Assembly (NCBI RefSeq): GCF_006345805.1
Contig: NC_043013.1
Coordinates: 57,040,001-57,104,000, forward strand
DNA length: 64,000 nucleotides
Reading direction: 5' to 3'
Source: Octopus sinensis
Taxonomy: Eukaryota
Every line of letters begins with the position of its first letter. Within the stretch, counting starts at the first letter, position 1. A program made the position numbers and the translations under genes. The notes under the pieces were generated by a model. The model was not told the DNA's origin, searched no databases, and saw only the letters and a program-made list of their open reading frames with translations. Below are positions 1 through 13,669 of this stretch, piece by piece.

Positions 1-469
1 TCGCTCATATAAATGATTCTACAAGTGATGCCACTAGAGCCAACGTATAAACAAACCGAATGTTGCAGGAATTGAACCTACGCCCAGAAATTAATATGCA
101 GCACTTTAAAATCATTACACGCTTATAAACAATATCCTACGATCCTGCAGGACAAAGATAACTGAAGATTTTAAATCTAAATATTTATGGTCGTAGATTT
201 AACATTTGCTTCGAATTAAATAAGGTTTAAAATCAGTATTCTTGTTTGTTTAGATTTTTACTGATGTTATTCAATAACCTATGTCCCCACTGGAGCATCG
301 CCCTTACTTTTAGTTGACTGGTACATAATTTTAAGATTGTACATACTTTAACACTATTTTTTTGCACCACTAATCTACAGTGCATAAGCAACATTACTGT
401 ATAAACATACAAACATAGAAACATAGAAACATAAATACAGACACATACCATATACATACACACACACAC

Positions 470-610
470 ATTTATATGGGCTTCCATACAGTATCCATCT
501 AACAATTTCACTCACAAAGTGTTAGTCAATCCAAGTCTTGATGACACGTGTTTAACGAGAAATGTTTTGTGACCGAACATGAAACCACGTTCTTGAGAAG
601 TAAAACTTTA
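470..610 (-). mobile_element. Decayed tRNA-derived SINE fragment (same family as the head at 54537)
   Basis: ATGGGCTTCCATACAGTATCCATCTAACAATTTCACTCACAAAG...GAAACCACG resembles the antisense body of a common octopus SINE as I recall it; follows a (CA)n tract. Confidence 0.4.
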
Positions 611-1749
611 AAATAAACGTCTGTCCTTACACCTTTATTACTGGTACATTTGTTTTTCTTAGAAGCTTAGAGAAGAGCCAGTTGAAAGAGACAATGGGTT
701 CAAGTCCAATCACCTGAAATTTTATCTGATATGAAACAGCGTTGCGTGATTTATTAAAACTTTAACAACGTAGTAGCTTCGACGTCTTTCCATGATTAAA
801 AATGCTTACTTCTTGTCTTAAGAGTAGAAGTACTAACATTGAAGGCGAAAATGTCGACAAGTTTGTAACAAAGACTGTACACTTGAAAGATCATCTTTCC
901 AAAGACTTCACCTTTTGTACTCTTTTGTAGGAAATTCATACCATCTCAAGCATCCACTGTCTCATAAATAATGCTATTTGAAATGGAATTATATATTTAA
1001 CCTCTATGAACTTACCACCATCTTGCAGTTTACGAAGTAACCGTAGAATTACCAAGGGTACTTTTTGCTAGCTCGGGTACCTTATCGCCACTCAGCTATT
1101 TCACAATATATCACAAAATAGACGAGATAATATATTATCAATAAATATTCCAAGTATCAGTAAATTAAGCAATGTTGTCTAAATAAGCATGAATTGAGAT
1201 TAGCATAAATCTATGAATGAGATGCAAAATTATTCATAATGTCTTGTGTAATTACTTTTTTTTTATATCTTAAGAGGTGTCTTTATATCTTCTTCGAAAT
1301 AATTGAAAGAAATACCCTGCCATTCCCCATGGAATTCAATGTATTTATTTATGAATAAATTATTTGCAATAGTAATGAAATGATTTTTTTTGACTTTCGA
1401 TAATTTTTTCTGAGTTTCGTATAATCCTTACAGCACATTGTCATCTGAAGACGAGGGTTCTTATTGTCACTACTCGGAGTTTCTCGTTCCGGAAAACTAA
1501 CACTGAAACATGTTAATCGGTGCGAACGTAAACGTGCGTGGCGAGGAAACAAAGTTTTTCTCTCAAATAAATATATAAAATCTACCTTTTTTTGTTTGCA
1601 TATGTATGTATGTATGAATGAATGTGTGTATGTATGTCACTCGTTCTCCCACACTCTAATATGCATGTGTATATATATATATGTATATACATATATATAT
1701 ATGTGTGTGTGTGTATATACATATATATATATATGTATGTATATGTATA

Positions 1750-1798
<49 letters not shown>

Positions 1799-3299
1799 AC
1801 ACACACACACACGTATGAAGGAAAGTAGAATGTGCTGCAAGGCACATTTTCTCGATGCTAGTCACGTGACTTTCCAAATGACACGTTCGGAAACAACAGT
1901 CCGGAACCACTTACTGCTGATTAAAAAATTCGAGAGCTTTCAAGCTGAAACGTCTGCAACAACTAGTACACTAAGTTTTAACAAACACAGAAATAACTTC
2001 TATCGTGCACTGAAATCCGATGTCATGAATATAAAGAACTCTAAGAAAATGTACACAATTTCAGACGAGAAAATCTGTTCAAACGTGTCAAAAATGCTTA
2101 TGTTAATCTCTGCGTTAAGCACACACACACCTGTGATGAGATAAACTATCACCCAGTTTCACTTCACTACTTGATCCTTATGTGTATTTCGTAAAGTAAT
2201 ATAGGTTTCAGGCATTTAAGTTAGGCTTCTGATCTAAGGAAATATTTTTAATTTCTCCCATCCGTCTCAGGGACCCTAACAAGAGATAAGGGTGACATCC
2301 TGTCATCTGCGACCAAACAAAAAATTAAAATAATGACTGTGAAGCACAAAGTATCTAAGTACAGTGGTTTTTACAAATTAACCATACGTAACACTTAAAG
2401 ACGACAAGGAAAATTTTGTTGGGTAATAATTCTTATATAAAGTGAACTTAGAATCTTCATCGAATACTTAGTGGTGCCCATTAATAGTTCGAAGAGAAAT
2501 GACACCGGATGTCAATGATGGAATAGCACTAACACAATACCTAACTGGTTTTGTAATACTAGCGATGAAAACAGATGAAAGTAGACCCAATTATTTATTA
2601 TTAAATTTTAATTGTCCGTTTCCAAATGGCTCCTCACCTAGGTCTTGCAATTTTAGAACCACGTGTTGAGGTCTTGATGAAAGCGTTTTCGACTCAGTCA
2701 TTCATACATAGCTATAACTTGCTGACAGAAATTAAGCAAGCGTAACTGACCCTAATGATTTATATGATGTAATGAGCTCTTTTTAAGGCAAATATTGCAA
2801 TCTATGTGGATTATTCAGCTTAGATTTGCTTAAATCTACATTTAACATTTCAGATTGAGGTCTATACAGTGATAACATTTATTTTGTTAGAAAGATATAT
2901 CTTTCTAACAAAATAAATGTTTAGCAAATTTAAATAACTACAAATATGACACAGTTAAATTGCTTTAAGATACCTTACATTTTAGCATATGTAGAGAACA
3001 ACGGAGGGGGAAAAATGATAAGCTCTTCTCGCCTACCATTTTAAAGGCTCCTGGGACAAAGGGGTATTTGAAAGAGCCGCAAACCACTACAACAAAGCGA
3101 ACACGAGTTGTAAATTTAGTTTTAAAAATTACGTTTAAATCCCAAAGCAGAACAAACAACAACTAAACAATTTAAAACTTACAAAAATTATAATCTTAAT
3201 GTAATCCTGTTCAACACACCGTGTTACCTTAAAATAAACTTTAGTATTAACAAGAACTCCCTAAAAGTGACCAACAGACATTCTGCCAATCTCCAACCA

Positions 3300-3950
3300 A
3301 AACAACAGAGAGATTTGAAACTAGTCTGCAAAATTGATGGGTTGCTGGATCAGCATAAGGTGACATCACCACGTGTAGCAAGTATTTCAGATCATTTAAT
3401 AAGTGTTAAGACTAAGAAACCAGTTCAGTAGGCAGTTATTTGAATTATTTCATTGACGTAGTGTAGTCGAAGTAAAGAGTTATGCTCACTAGAAAAATTC
3501 CTGCAAAAGAGTATCCGTAAATTAGTAGGTCACGGAGTCAGTTCCAGGAGTCACATAATCTCTTGAATACTTCACTGGAATGTGTGAAGTCACTTGAATG
3601 GTTGTTGCTCAATCTCCCTGTCTAACTTAAAATAATTATCTAACATAATACTGCATTATCAAACAATGTGTAGTACTGGAAAGATTAGAGTATTGACAGT
3701 TTTTCTATCACCATGTCAATTCTGTATTTTCAAATCATGTTCATTTGGCAGGAAAAATATTGTAAGCTCTGCAATAACAGAAATTAAATTTCAGCTGCAC
3801 AAAATCTCTAAGATTCCAATCTCTGCAGACCTATCAAACTAGATTAAATAGCAGAACCAAAACAACCCAAAGTCTGCTGATCAATACCCCATTTGCAAGA
3901 ACATTTCAAAACCAACAAAACGAAGATTCACTCTCTAAAGATATCACCGA
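3300..3950 (-). mobile_element. Highly decayed CR1/L2-like LINE reverse transcriptase remnant
   Basis: Minus-strand translation with many stops (HGDRKTVNTLIFPVLHIV.., ..QPFK*LHTFQ..) loosely follows the NYRPISLL..QYGFR region. Confidence 0.3.
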
Positions 3951-5320
3951 TTCACCTGAGAATTCTACCTGTAGTCTGTCCGTAAATACGAACATGGAGT
4001 TCTGAGCAGCGGAATATGGTTAACCAGTACCTAAACTCTATATATTAGATATTTACTTTAGTAAATATTTGCAATTCATTTCTATCACAGTGCACTATTA
4101 CGGTATGGGTAAAACCCATAAATATACTTAATGTCTATAGATATGTATGTGGTGGGTGCATCTGTGTTTATGTCTGTACGTATGTGTGCAAAGTATTATG
4201 ATACATATACACACATCCATGCACACACACACACTCATACACACACACATGGTGTAATGAAGTACACTGTAGTGTTCAGTAAACCTTTATTCGCAACGCA
4301 CCGAGGCGAAATCATTGGTGCATTGTGACAATAGTGAACAAAAGACATGAAGGAGTGTCTCCCAGACATTTATTAAATAGTTAGAATATGGCAACGAAAC
4401 CAGTGTATTGCATTAAAAGTTTACTTTGCAACCTACTACGGCATTTACAATAGAGAGATGTTTAGTGTGTACTAAATTTATTTCATTCAAACCTTAACAA
4501 AGCATATATTTTTGTTAACCAGATTAATCAACTGAGCTAAATCCCTACATTTACTGATCATCTATAGTTATTACCAATAATTTCATCGAAAAGATTTGAA
4601 ACCGGTCGCTAGGACCTGTTTCTGTCCACGATGTTTAAAGAAAGTATACTTTTGAAACGCAGTATCATTTCAGATGTGTTGTCTGAAAGGCGTACGTTAA
4701 GCAATAAAATAGATATAGGAGAGAATAAGATGTTGGTTGTGTGATGTAGCTATACGTGTTAGTGTATACCTGTGTGCCAAAGAGAGTATGTGTGTGCATG
4801 TGTTAGCATGCGCGCGTGCGTGTGTGTGTGTGTGGAACTCGGTGCAGGCAGTAACGTAAATAAAGTCAGTTTCCAACAAGGACATTATTGCATCATGACA
4901 ATGTCTAAAACTATTTTGGAAACGACAGCAGTTTACTTATACACACGCACATGCTATCCATCGCACACGCAGACTTATGTGAGACTTGTTGTTTACTGAT
5001 TTCAGTCGTTCTGTTGCTGCACACAAACGCGGAAAGGACATGAAACAGAGGATCGCACTACACGAATACACGCATGTTTTTTTTGTTACTTTCGGATTGA
5101 GCTGAGGGTTATATACACATACATATACTCACACATAGATGCTATATAAATATATATTTGCATATACATGCATATATATATATGTGTGCACATATATGTA
5201 TATATATGTGCGTATGTATGCTTATACATACATATACACACACATATACATATATGCATATTATATATAATATATATACACACACACAAGTATATATGAG
5301 TGTAATGTACATATATCCAA

Positions 5321-5325
<5 letters not shown>

Positions 5326-5372
<47 letters not shown>

Positions 5373-5507
5373 CTCTGTCTCTCTCTCTGTCTCTCTCTGT
5401 CTCTCTCTCTCTGTATATATATATATTTATATATAGAGGGCATTATACATACATGCCAGAAGGCATTATACATACATGCCAAACGCTAAGAGGGACAATT
5501 AGTCATT

Positions 5508-5558
<51 letters not shown>

Positions 5559-5697
5559 CTCTGTCTCTCTCTCTGTCTCTCTCTGTCTATCTCTCTCTGT
5601 ATATATATATATTTATATATAGAGGGCATTATACATACATGCCAGAAGGCATTATACATACATGCCAAACGCTAAGAGGGACAATTAGTCATTTCTA
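5326..5697. repeat. 186-bp tandem duplication (CTAT/CT microsatellite plus start of the hammerhead-containing unit)
   Basis: 5425-5511 is repeated at 5611-5697, each preceded by the same microsatellite block. Confidence 0.9.
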
Positions 5698-5757
5698 CCA
5701 AAAATATTACTAATCCCACCGAATGCAATTTTTCAAAGTAAGACATTTAAAAAATAT

Positions 5758-5805
5758 AGACCTGTATCACAGTGATTTCATACTTACGTACTCATCAGCA
5801 GGCCT
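5758..5805 (-). ncRNA. Type I hammerhead ribozyme (antisense-strand copy)
   Basis: Reverse complement reads AGGCCTG CTGATGA GTAC GTAA GTAT GAAA TCAC T GTGA TA CAGGTCT, identical to 6168-6215. Confidence 0.85.
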
Positions 5806-6167
5806 GAATGTATTATAAATAAACAACGACCCTGCCCCGCTTAAGCCGATCAGCTAACTGCTCAACATCAACGAAGCACATGGGTGAGTTTACATATATT
5901 ACATCCGGATAAATGGCAAACTTTTACGAACTGCATTTCGGGAGAGGAAAAGTTTTTTCGGAATAAAAATTTAGCAATTAAGGACAACTACTTAATAAGG
6001 AAAACTTAACAAGAAATTGTCAGGTAGATAGCGTAAAAACCTCATAAGAGAAAAAATTTCGAAAATAATTATTTCTTATTGAACATATTAATTTATATAT
6101 GGAGGGCATTATACATACATGCCCCGGCTTAAGCGGGGCAGGGTCGTTGTTTACTTATAATACATTC

Positions 6168-6215
6168 AGGCCTGCTGATGAGTACGTAAGTATGAAATCA
6201 CTGTGATACAGGTCT
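6168..6215 (+). ncRNA. Type I hammerhead ribozyme with palindromic stem III; predicted cleavage AUA between 6208 and 6209
   Basis: Stem I AGGCCTG/CAGGTCT; core CTGATGA 6175-6181; stem II GTAC/GTAT with GTAA tetraloop; GAAA 6194-6197; stem III ATCAC-T-GTGAT; H17=A. Confidence 0.85.
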
Positions 6216-6482
6216 ATATTTTTTAAATGTCTTACTTTGAAAAATTGCATTCGGTGGGATTAGTAATATTTTTGGTAGAAATGACTAATTGTCCCTCTTA
6301 GCGTTTGGCATGTATGTTTAATGCCTTCTGGCATGTATGTATAATGCCCTCTATATATAAATTAATATGTTCAATAAGAAATAATTATTTTCGAAATTTT
6401 TTCTCTTATGAGGTTTTTACGCTATCTACCTGACAATTTCTTGTTAAGTTTTCCTTATTAAGTAGTTGTCCTTAATTGCTAA

Positions 6483-6635
<153 letters not shown>

Positions 6636-6649
6636 GTCATTACAGATAT

Positions 6650-6789
6650 AGGGTGAAATATAATTAATTTAATAAAATCAACAAATTTCACCTAGTAGTA
6701 TTTCGGTATGGAAAAGGACCATATTCGGTAAAAATTATATATATATAATAATAAGGGATTTTGTTGCAAAACTTGTTGCAAAAAACCCT

Positions 6790-6790
<1 letters not shown>
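6650..6790 (-). mobile_element. Repeat-family end (putative Penelope-type pseudo-LTR), homologous to 29655-29790
   Basis: Shared GGGTGAAATATAATTAATTTAATAAAAT...TTTCGGTATGGAAA.GACCATATTCGGTAA. Confidence 0.55.
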
Positions 6791-6820
<30 letters not shown>

Positions 6821-6826
<6 letters not shown>

Positions 6827-6983
6827 ATATAGAGGGCATTATTATACATACATGCCACACGCTAAGAGTCATTTCTACCAAAAATTTTACTAATCCCACC
6901 GAATGCAATTTTTCAAAGTAAGACATTTAAAAATATGGACTTGTATCACCTGTGATTTCATACCTCTGTATTCATCATATGTA
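6821..6983 (-). mobile_element. Third, diverged copy of the hammerhead unit with degenerate core (6940-6983)
   Basis: Homologous to 5611-5805; antisense core reads aTGATGA ATAC AGAG GTAT GAAA TCAC AG GTGA TA CAAG. Confidence 0.75.
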
Positions 6984-6991
6984 TACATATA

Positions 6992-7026
<35 letters not shown>

Positions 7027-7541
7027 CTGTATGTGTTTGAATATTTAAATATACAATCACGAAAATCTTCCTTGTGTAACAAAGGAAGGACAACTCTCGA
7101 AGCATCAGCAACATTTTTCTTCGTGTAGTAAGCAAACTTTCTGAAAATCATGAAATTTACTATTGTAATTTGATTTTAAAACATGAAAAACAAAGTGAAA
7201 TTTAAATATTGGAAAATCTCGTTGTGGCTATAATAAGAATATAATCGGGTCGTTTCTATGCAGTTGATGCGAAATGAGATGGAGAGTCTCGGTTCATCAG
7301 AAGGTACACTCTCCTTTCTCTCTACATAGGGAGAGTATAGTAAGAAACAGTTTGCGTTTTTATTCATGCGAGGCTTTGTAATATGGACGTTTCATGTTAT
7401 TTCTGATTTATTCCACGTTGAGCATAGAATAGATATCAGGAACAATATACTCAAAACATAGTAATGTGTGCGTGTGAAGCTCAAACCCCAATTTCATCGT
7501 TATGCAGGGCATCTACATACATCTATATCTTTCTCTCTCTG

Positions 7542-7609
<68 letters not shown>

Positions 7610-9419
7610 TATCCCACAAATAAGATGAATTTATGAGCAACGAAGAGGAGACAATCAAACTAGATGTGAACAAAAACCGGAAACTGAAATGCATAGAAAT
7701 ATTAAGTGGAAAAACATCATTGAAAGAAGTGCCTGATAAAGATAAAGACGACAAAGGAAGAACTAGATGAGGATCTAAAGCTTCTCTGATATCTAACAAC
7801 ATCATCCACCAAAGAAACGGTAAAGGATTAAGAGGTGGAAGGGAAAAAATATTCGATACAGAATTTAAGAGATGTGCGTAAATACATATAACTTTATGTA
7901 TTTATATGTGTATGTACGTATGTGTGTGTGTGCGCGAGTATTCACTTATTTCTTCGATCTATCTTTGTAATATGTAAGTGCTTCTAAGTGGAATCTAAGA
8001 CGACAGTAAGTTAATTCCATGACAATGATTTCCATCCCATTTAAAGCAATTTCACTTCAAAAAAACGAGACTTTTCGCACCAGCCTGCCATCTTCTTCTA
8101 AAAACTTATGGGAAGCAACTGCTGTTGAAATAAAATGCTTTCTCAGAAAACCAATGAATTTGAGGAATAACATGGATGTTACGTAAATTTTTTATCGTAT
8201 TGCGCTCTTATATTTTTTTGTGTAAAATCTTTATTTTTTAGACAATAATTTTATAAATGTGGAGACACTTAGTCGCTGCATCAGTGCAGAGGCTATATGA
8301 TCTTGTCTCTAATTATTGCATATCTGCCAAATATCCTAACTTTGAAAATCTTATTTAATAATTTAAGAAAAACGAGAGAAAGTAATATATTTAAGGAGGA
8401 ATGAGTGAAAATTTAATACTTTTAAATTAGAAAATAACTCAGGAAACTTTGTAGTTCAGCAGAATATTCCATTCCATTTTAGTTTAGGTTTTATTAATCC
8501 ATTCTTTAATCATAAAAGAATGCAGCAGACATTAAGGATGCTGGAATTAATATAATTAATATAATTAATTGGCTGAAATAAGACACAGAAAAGACTGAAT
8601 TATTGCAATCAACCCATTTGTCGAGTAAATGCTTTCAAGAATCACATGTCTCGTTTCAGATGCATAAAGGGGACACAAGATACGCTGTCTTCTTTGATAT
8701 GCTGGTGGTCGACAACAAATTAAACTTTACCGAAATTTCTAATATTAGTTACTTGATCTTCCAGAAAAAACAGTCAAGTGCCTCTCAAATTTTACTCTCT
8801 GTCATCTTAAAAAAAGGACCTCTCTAGTGTGAATCGAAATAAGAGATGGTCACGGCCGGAATATCTGTAACCTCACACAATCCGTTCACCCAAGAAATAT
8901 CTGGAATGACACTACGACAACTCAGACACAAATAGTACTTCCAGTGCGATTAGAACCCTTGATCATTGGTTGACTGTTGAAGCATTTTTTCTATTTCTCT
9001 ATTCTATAGGACTACATTTTAAGTTGTTTATGATGTGTGTGTCGTCATTTAAGTAGTTGCTGTGGTTGTTTAAGCCGGGACCACATCTGATCATTGAAGC
9101 CAATGGTCAAAGACAAATTCAACTACAGCCATCACATCTTGTTTTCAAGATAATCTATGTAGACTGCATCATTAGTTATATCCTCCCCTTCCTCCTCCTC
9201 ATTTATTACCAAGATGATAAATTTGGATGTGTAAAGGTAGGGTGACAGAGAAAGTAGCCTTCTTATGTGACGGCTGATCAGAGCTGGAGTAGTTAGCAAC
9301 ATTTGAATCAAACGTGAAATTCCACCAAACATTTTGTAGGTTACCTAAAAATAGTAATTAATTTCTGATAGGGGAATGATCTAATTAGGAAATGTGGTTA
9401 ATGGTATGAAAATAGAACT

Positions 9420-9870
9420 TGTAAAGAAAGAATGGAGCTAAAATGTTTAGTAAGCTGGGAACAAAAGGGACATTGTATGATGATTTCGTATAAAGTGAAA
9501 TTATGCAAAGTAGCGATATGTGAAGTGAAGCAAGAATGTTGCATTAAATACATTCGGGTAGAACATATGAACGGCAGAAGACAAGTGATCAGAGAGGAAA
9601 ACTAGATATAAGAAGAATCCGATGTTGTGTGCAAGCCAGAAGAATGCACTGGTATGGAGAGGAGATGTCTATGGAAGATAGCATTAATAATGAAATGCCA
9701 AACAAAGTGAAGCGAAAGTGTTGATCAGTGAGAGCTAGGAAGAATGTGGGGAAGAGGTGAACGCTGTTAAACTCGAAAGGTGAATTCTGACAGATGCGAT
9801 TCCAAACGGCGACATGTGACAAATTTCAGCTAACCCATGCAGGTATAGACAAAAAGATGTAGAAAAGGTG
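9420..9870 (+). mobile_element. RTE-clade LINE 3' end remnant
   Basis: Decayed ..IRRIRCCVQARRMHWYG..MEDS.. segment, followed by an AACCCATGC..-type 3' terminus and a short tandem tail. Confidence 0.55.
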
Positions 9871-10045
9871 GCGGCGGTGATGGTGTAAATCGTTATTTAT
9901 AATATCTACAATTGGATTTATCCTAAAGATTATCCTATTGTTAATTATCCGTATATAACTGGGAAGAAAACAAATAATAGACATTGCTTGGTAAGTTTAT
10001 TGATTATAAGTCTGATCGGTCAATTGAGGACTTAGGGCTAAAAGG

Positions 10046-10265
<220 letters not shown>

Positions 10266-10657
10266 CATACATACACACACACACTCACATATCAACATAA
10301 TCAACCTTTAAGTAACGCACAAGTGTTATAGCCTGCTTTTCTGTCACACAGGTCAAGAAAACTTTGTTTCACTAGATTCAGAACGTAGCAAGTGATGTGG
10401 GCAATTTGAGAGCCATTATGATTCAGCCATTGAAAAGAAGAAATTCGTTCGATTCTTTAAAAAACAATTGAATTATTTGATGCTGAAAAACTAAACAATA
10501 TATAGAAGGCATTTTATGGGTTGATTGGAAATCAAATTAAATTTATATTAATGATAAGATAAAATTTAATTAGAATTTACTTAGTAGTTTCATAATATCA
10601 TTAATATTGTTCATAAATTGATTAATCCAGAAAGTTTTTACCAAACATATTGATAAT

Positions 10658-10692
<35 letters not shown>

Positions 10693-11593
10693 ATGTGTGT
10701 GTATGTGTGTGTATGTGTGTGCATGAATATGTACATCAAACATTTTATGCGTGAATATATAAATAAATGTGAGTGTACGGACCTATATGCATGTACATAT
10801 TTACCTTTCCACACCTTTCTACATGCGTGTGTGTGTGCTCGCGAGTTTGTAAATGCAGATGAATGCATATACAATATGGGAAATGTAATGGCGATTGTAT
10901 CAAGCTGTTTCCTTTCTCTTTATTTTGTCTCGATCCAGTTACTGAAAATTGTTTTACAATGCAAATAGAGAATTTACAACACCAATTTCAAATACTGCTA
11001 CCATTCCACAAAGTTTGATGACGGTAGGATGTATTGATTATAGCAACCCCAGTATATTACTGGTATCTGTTTCATTAATGTCTTCAATGAGAAAAGTTTA
11101 AGATGACCTCAGAAGGATTTGAAACCTAGGGGTATACAACTAAATAACATCATAGTATTTTCCCCCAGTTCACACTATGTTCTCCCTGTTCTGAAAAATG
11201 ACAGTATAATTCAACAGTGTTGTATTAAAGTTTGATTTGTTTGACCTCTAATTTTGGAGATTTCCTAAGATTTATTAAAAAGAAATCCCTGAATATCTGT
11301 TATAACTAGCATCGTGACATTCGTTCTAGAATCACGTCTTGGAAACTGATGACGTACGAATGATTTCAATAAATATTTCTTTCATTAAATTTTACCAAAT
11401 GTTACACATGACGGGACTTAATCTTTTGCTTCGTTTAATAAAGTTATCCGAATGTGCTTATTTTGCAGCCATTTCAAGCAGGAATCTTCATTCTTCACGT
11501 CTACCTCGAAAGCTTTGGAAAAATAATGAAACAGTGTCATGGAAACTATTATTCTTCATTATTCATCTGATTATTCTAAATAATAATAATAAC

Positions 11594-11647
<54 letters not shown>

Positions 11648-11649
<2 letters not shown>

Positions 11650-12614
11650 AGAACGACTCTATCTGCCAAGAAAAGAGGGAGGCCGTGGTCTTTTGCAACT
11701 GGCAATAACAATGAAGATTGCTACAATTGGCCTAGACACCTACCTGAAAAACTCTGAGGACTGGATGTTAAAACTTGTCTCAAAACATGAAAACAAGAAA
11801 GCATCATACTCAGTCACAAAACAGGCAAAGGAATATCTAAGTGAATTCCGAATACAACCAATTTCGGAATTAGAGATAGACATACAAGAAACAAGCACAG
11901 AAAAAGCTAGGCGCATGAAAACCCGTGCCAAAACTGCGGCCTTAGATATTCTGAATAATAAATGGCAAGAAAAACCTCTCTATGGCAAATACCCAAAGAG
12001 AGCGAATAATGCAGATATCGACAAAGCCCTGACCCATCAATGGCTAATGGCCTCTGGCTTAAAATCTGAAACAGAGGGGTTTATCATAGCAGCTCAAGAT
12101 CAATGCCTACCAAGAAGAAACTACCAGGCCAACATATTAAAGATCAGAAGCAGTTCAACGTGTCGTGTATGCAAGCAACAAAATGAAACCATTGACCATG
12201 TGGTCTCCAAGTGCAGTCTTCTAGCGCCTACAGAGTATCTCAACAGGCACGATAGAGCTGCACAATATATTCACTGGGTAATCTGTAAACACCTGGATTT
12301 GCCCCTTGAAAAAACTGGTGGGAACACAAACCACCCCCAGTGCTTGAAAATGACCACATCTCACTCCTCTGGAACTTCACCATTCAAACTGACAGGAAGA
12401 TAGATGCAAAGGTTTAAAACAACCATAATTTTCGGTTTAAAAAAAAAAAAAAAACTTTTTTTTTTAGACATTCATTAGTACAACATCCCCACCCCCCAAA
12501 TATATGGCACCCTAGGCATAACAACAACATGAACTTCCAACCCTGTTGTCTCTTGAGGTCTCTGGGTGAGACTTGGAGCGAACTTGTACAAATATAAAGC
12601 AAAAGTCAAACATA

Positions 12615-12615
<1 letters not shown>
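11648..12615 (+). mobile_element. R4/Dong-type non-LTR retrotransposon, 5'-truncated, endonuclease region deleted (subfamily A)
   Basis: TERLYLPRKEGGRGL, SETEGFIIAAQDQ, CRVC..ETIDHVVSKC (CCHC), RHD..HW; 3' UTR ends at (AAT)n; (AAT)n on both flanks. Confidence 0.85.
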
Positions 12616-12686
<71 letters not shown>

Positions 12687-12700
12687 TAATAATAATAATA

Positions 12701-13421
12701 CTCCAAGTGCAGTCTTCTAGCGCCTACAGGGTATCTCAACAGGTATGATAGAGCTGCACAATATATTCACTGGGTAATTTGCAAAAACCTGGATTTGCCC
12801 CATAAAAAAACTCGTGGGAACACAAACCACCTCCAGTGCTTAAGAATGACCACATCTCACTCCTCTGGAACTTCACCATTCAAACTGACAGAAAGATAGA
12901 TGCAAATAGGCCAGACATCATATTGAAAGACTTCAGACAAAGAACATGCCTCCTCATTGATATGACTGTCCCAATCGATATAAACGTATCTGTCAAGACC
13001 TACGAAAAACTGAGGAAATATAAAGATCTTGAAATAGGAATCAGCAAAATGTGGAACCTGAAGACTAAAACAATACCTGTTGTCATAGGTGACCTGGGAA
13101 TGATAGCATAGCAAAAGGGGCTGATTGCTATCTAACTCAGATACCAGGAAACCCCAAAATGGCAGAAATTCAAAAGAAATTGCTCATGGGAACTGCTCAT
13201 ATCCAACGCAAAATACTTTCTATGTAATCTCAAGTTTTAAAACAAACATAATTTTCGTATGATTTTTTTTAGACATTCACTAGTACAACACCAAAAAAAC
13301 CCTCAAATATATGGCACATTAGGCATAACAACAACGTGAACTTCCAACATATTGTCTCTTGAGGTCTCTGGGTGAGACTTGGAGCCAACTTGTACAAATA
13401 TAAAGCAAAAGTCTAACATAG
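12701..13421 (+). mobile_element. R4/Dong 3' fragment with restriction-like endonuclease (subfamily A)
   Basis: RPDIILKDFRQRTCLLIDMTVPID..KYKDL (PD..D/E.K) and IPVVIGDLG; same 3' UTR as 12420-12615; (AAT)n flanks. Confidence 0.88.
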
Positions 13422-13446
13422 AATAATAATAATAATAATAATAATA

Positions 13447-13538
<92 letters not shown>

Positions 13539-13554
13539 AAGAAGAAGAAAGAAG

Positions 13555-13586
<32 letters not shown>

Positions 13587-13665
13587 GAAGAAGAAGAAGA
13601 AGAAGAAGATGAAGAAGAAGAAAAAGTAGAAGAAGAAGAAGAAAAGAAGAAGAAGAAGAAGAAAA
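13422..13665. repeat. (AAT)n followed by (GAA)n compound microsatellite
   Basis: Direct reading. Confidence 0.95.
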
Positions 13666-13669
13666 ACCT

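Noticed and set aside
1464-2144. 226-aa ORF and the many YI/CV/HT/N/L-rich ORFs in the track
   Set aside because: Open frames are produced by microsatellites; no domain or splice support. The non-repetitive tail (1830-2144) was not recognisable
7620-7810. Short Lys/Asp-rich reading frame
   Set aside because: About 50 codons, no homology recognised, no clear splice sites
11339-12403. 354-aa ORF as a host gene
   Set aside because: It is an R4/Dong fragment read through an (AAT)n tract from an upstream alternative start
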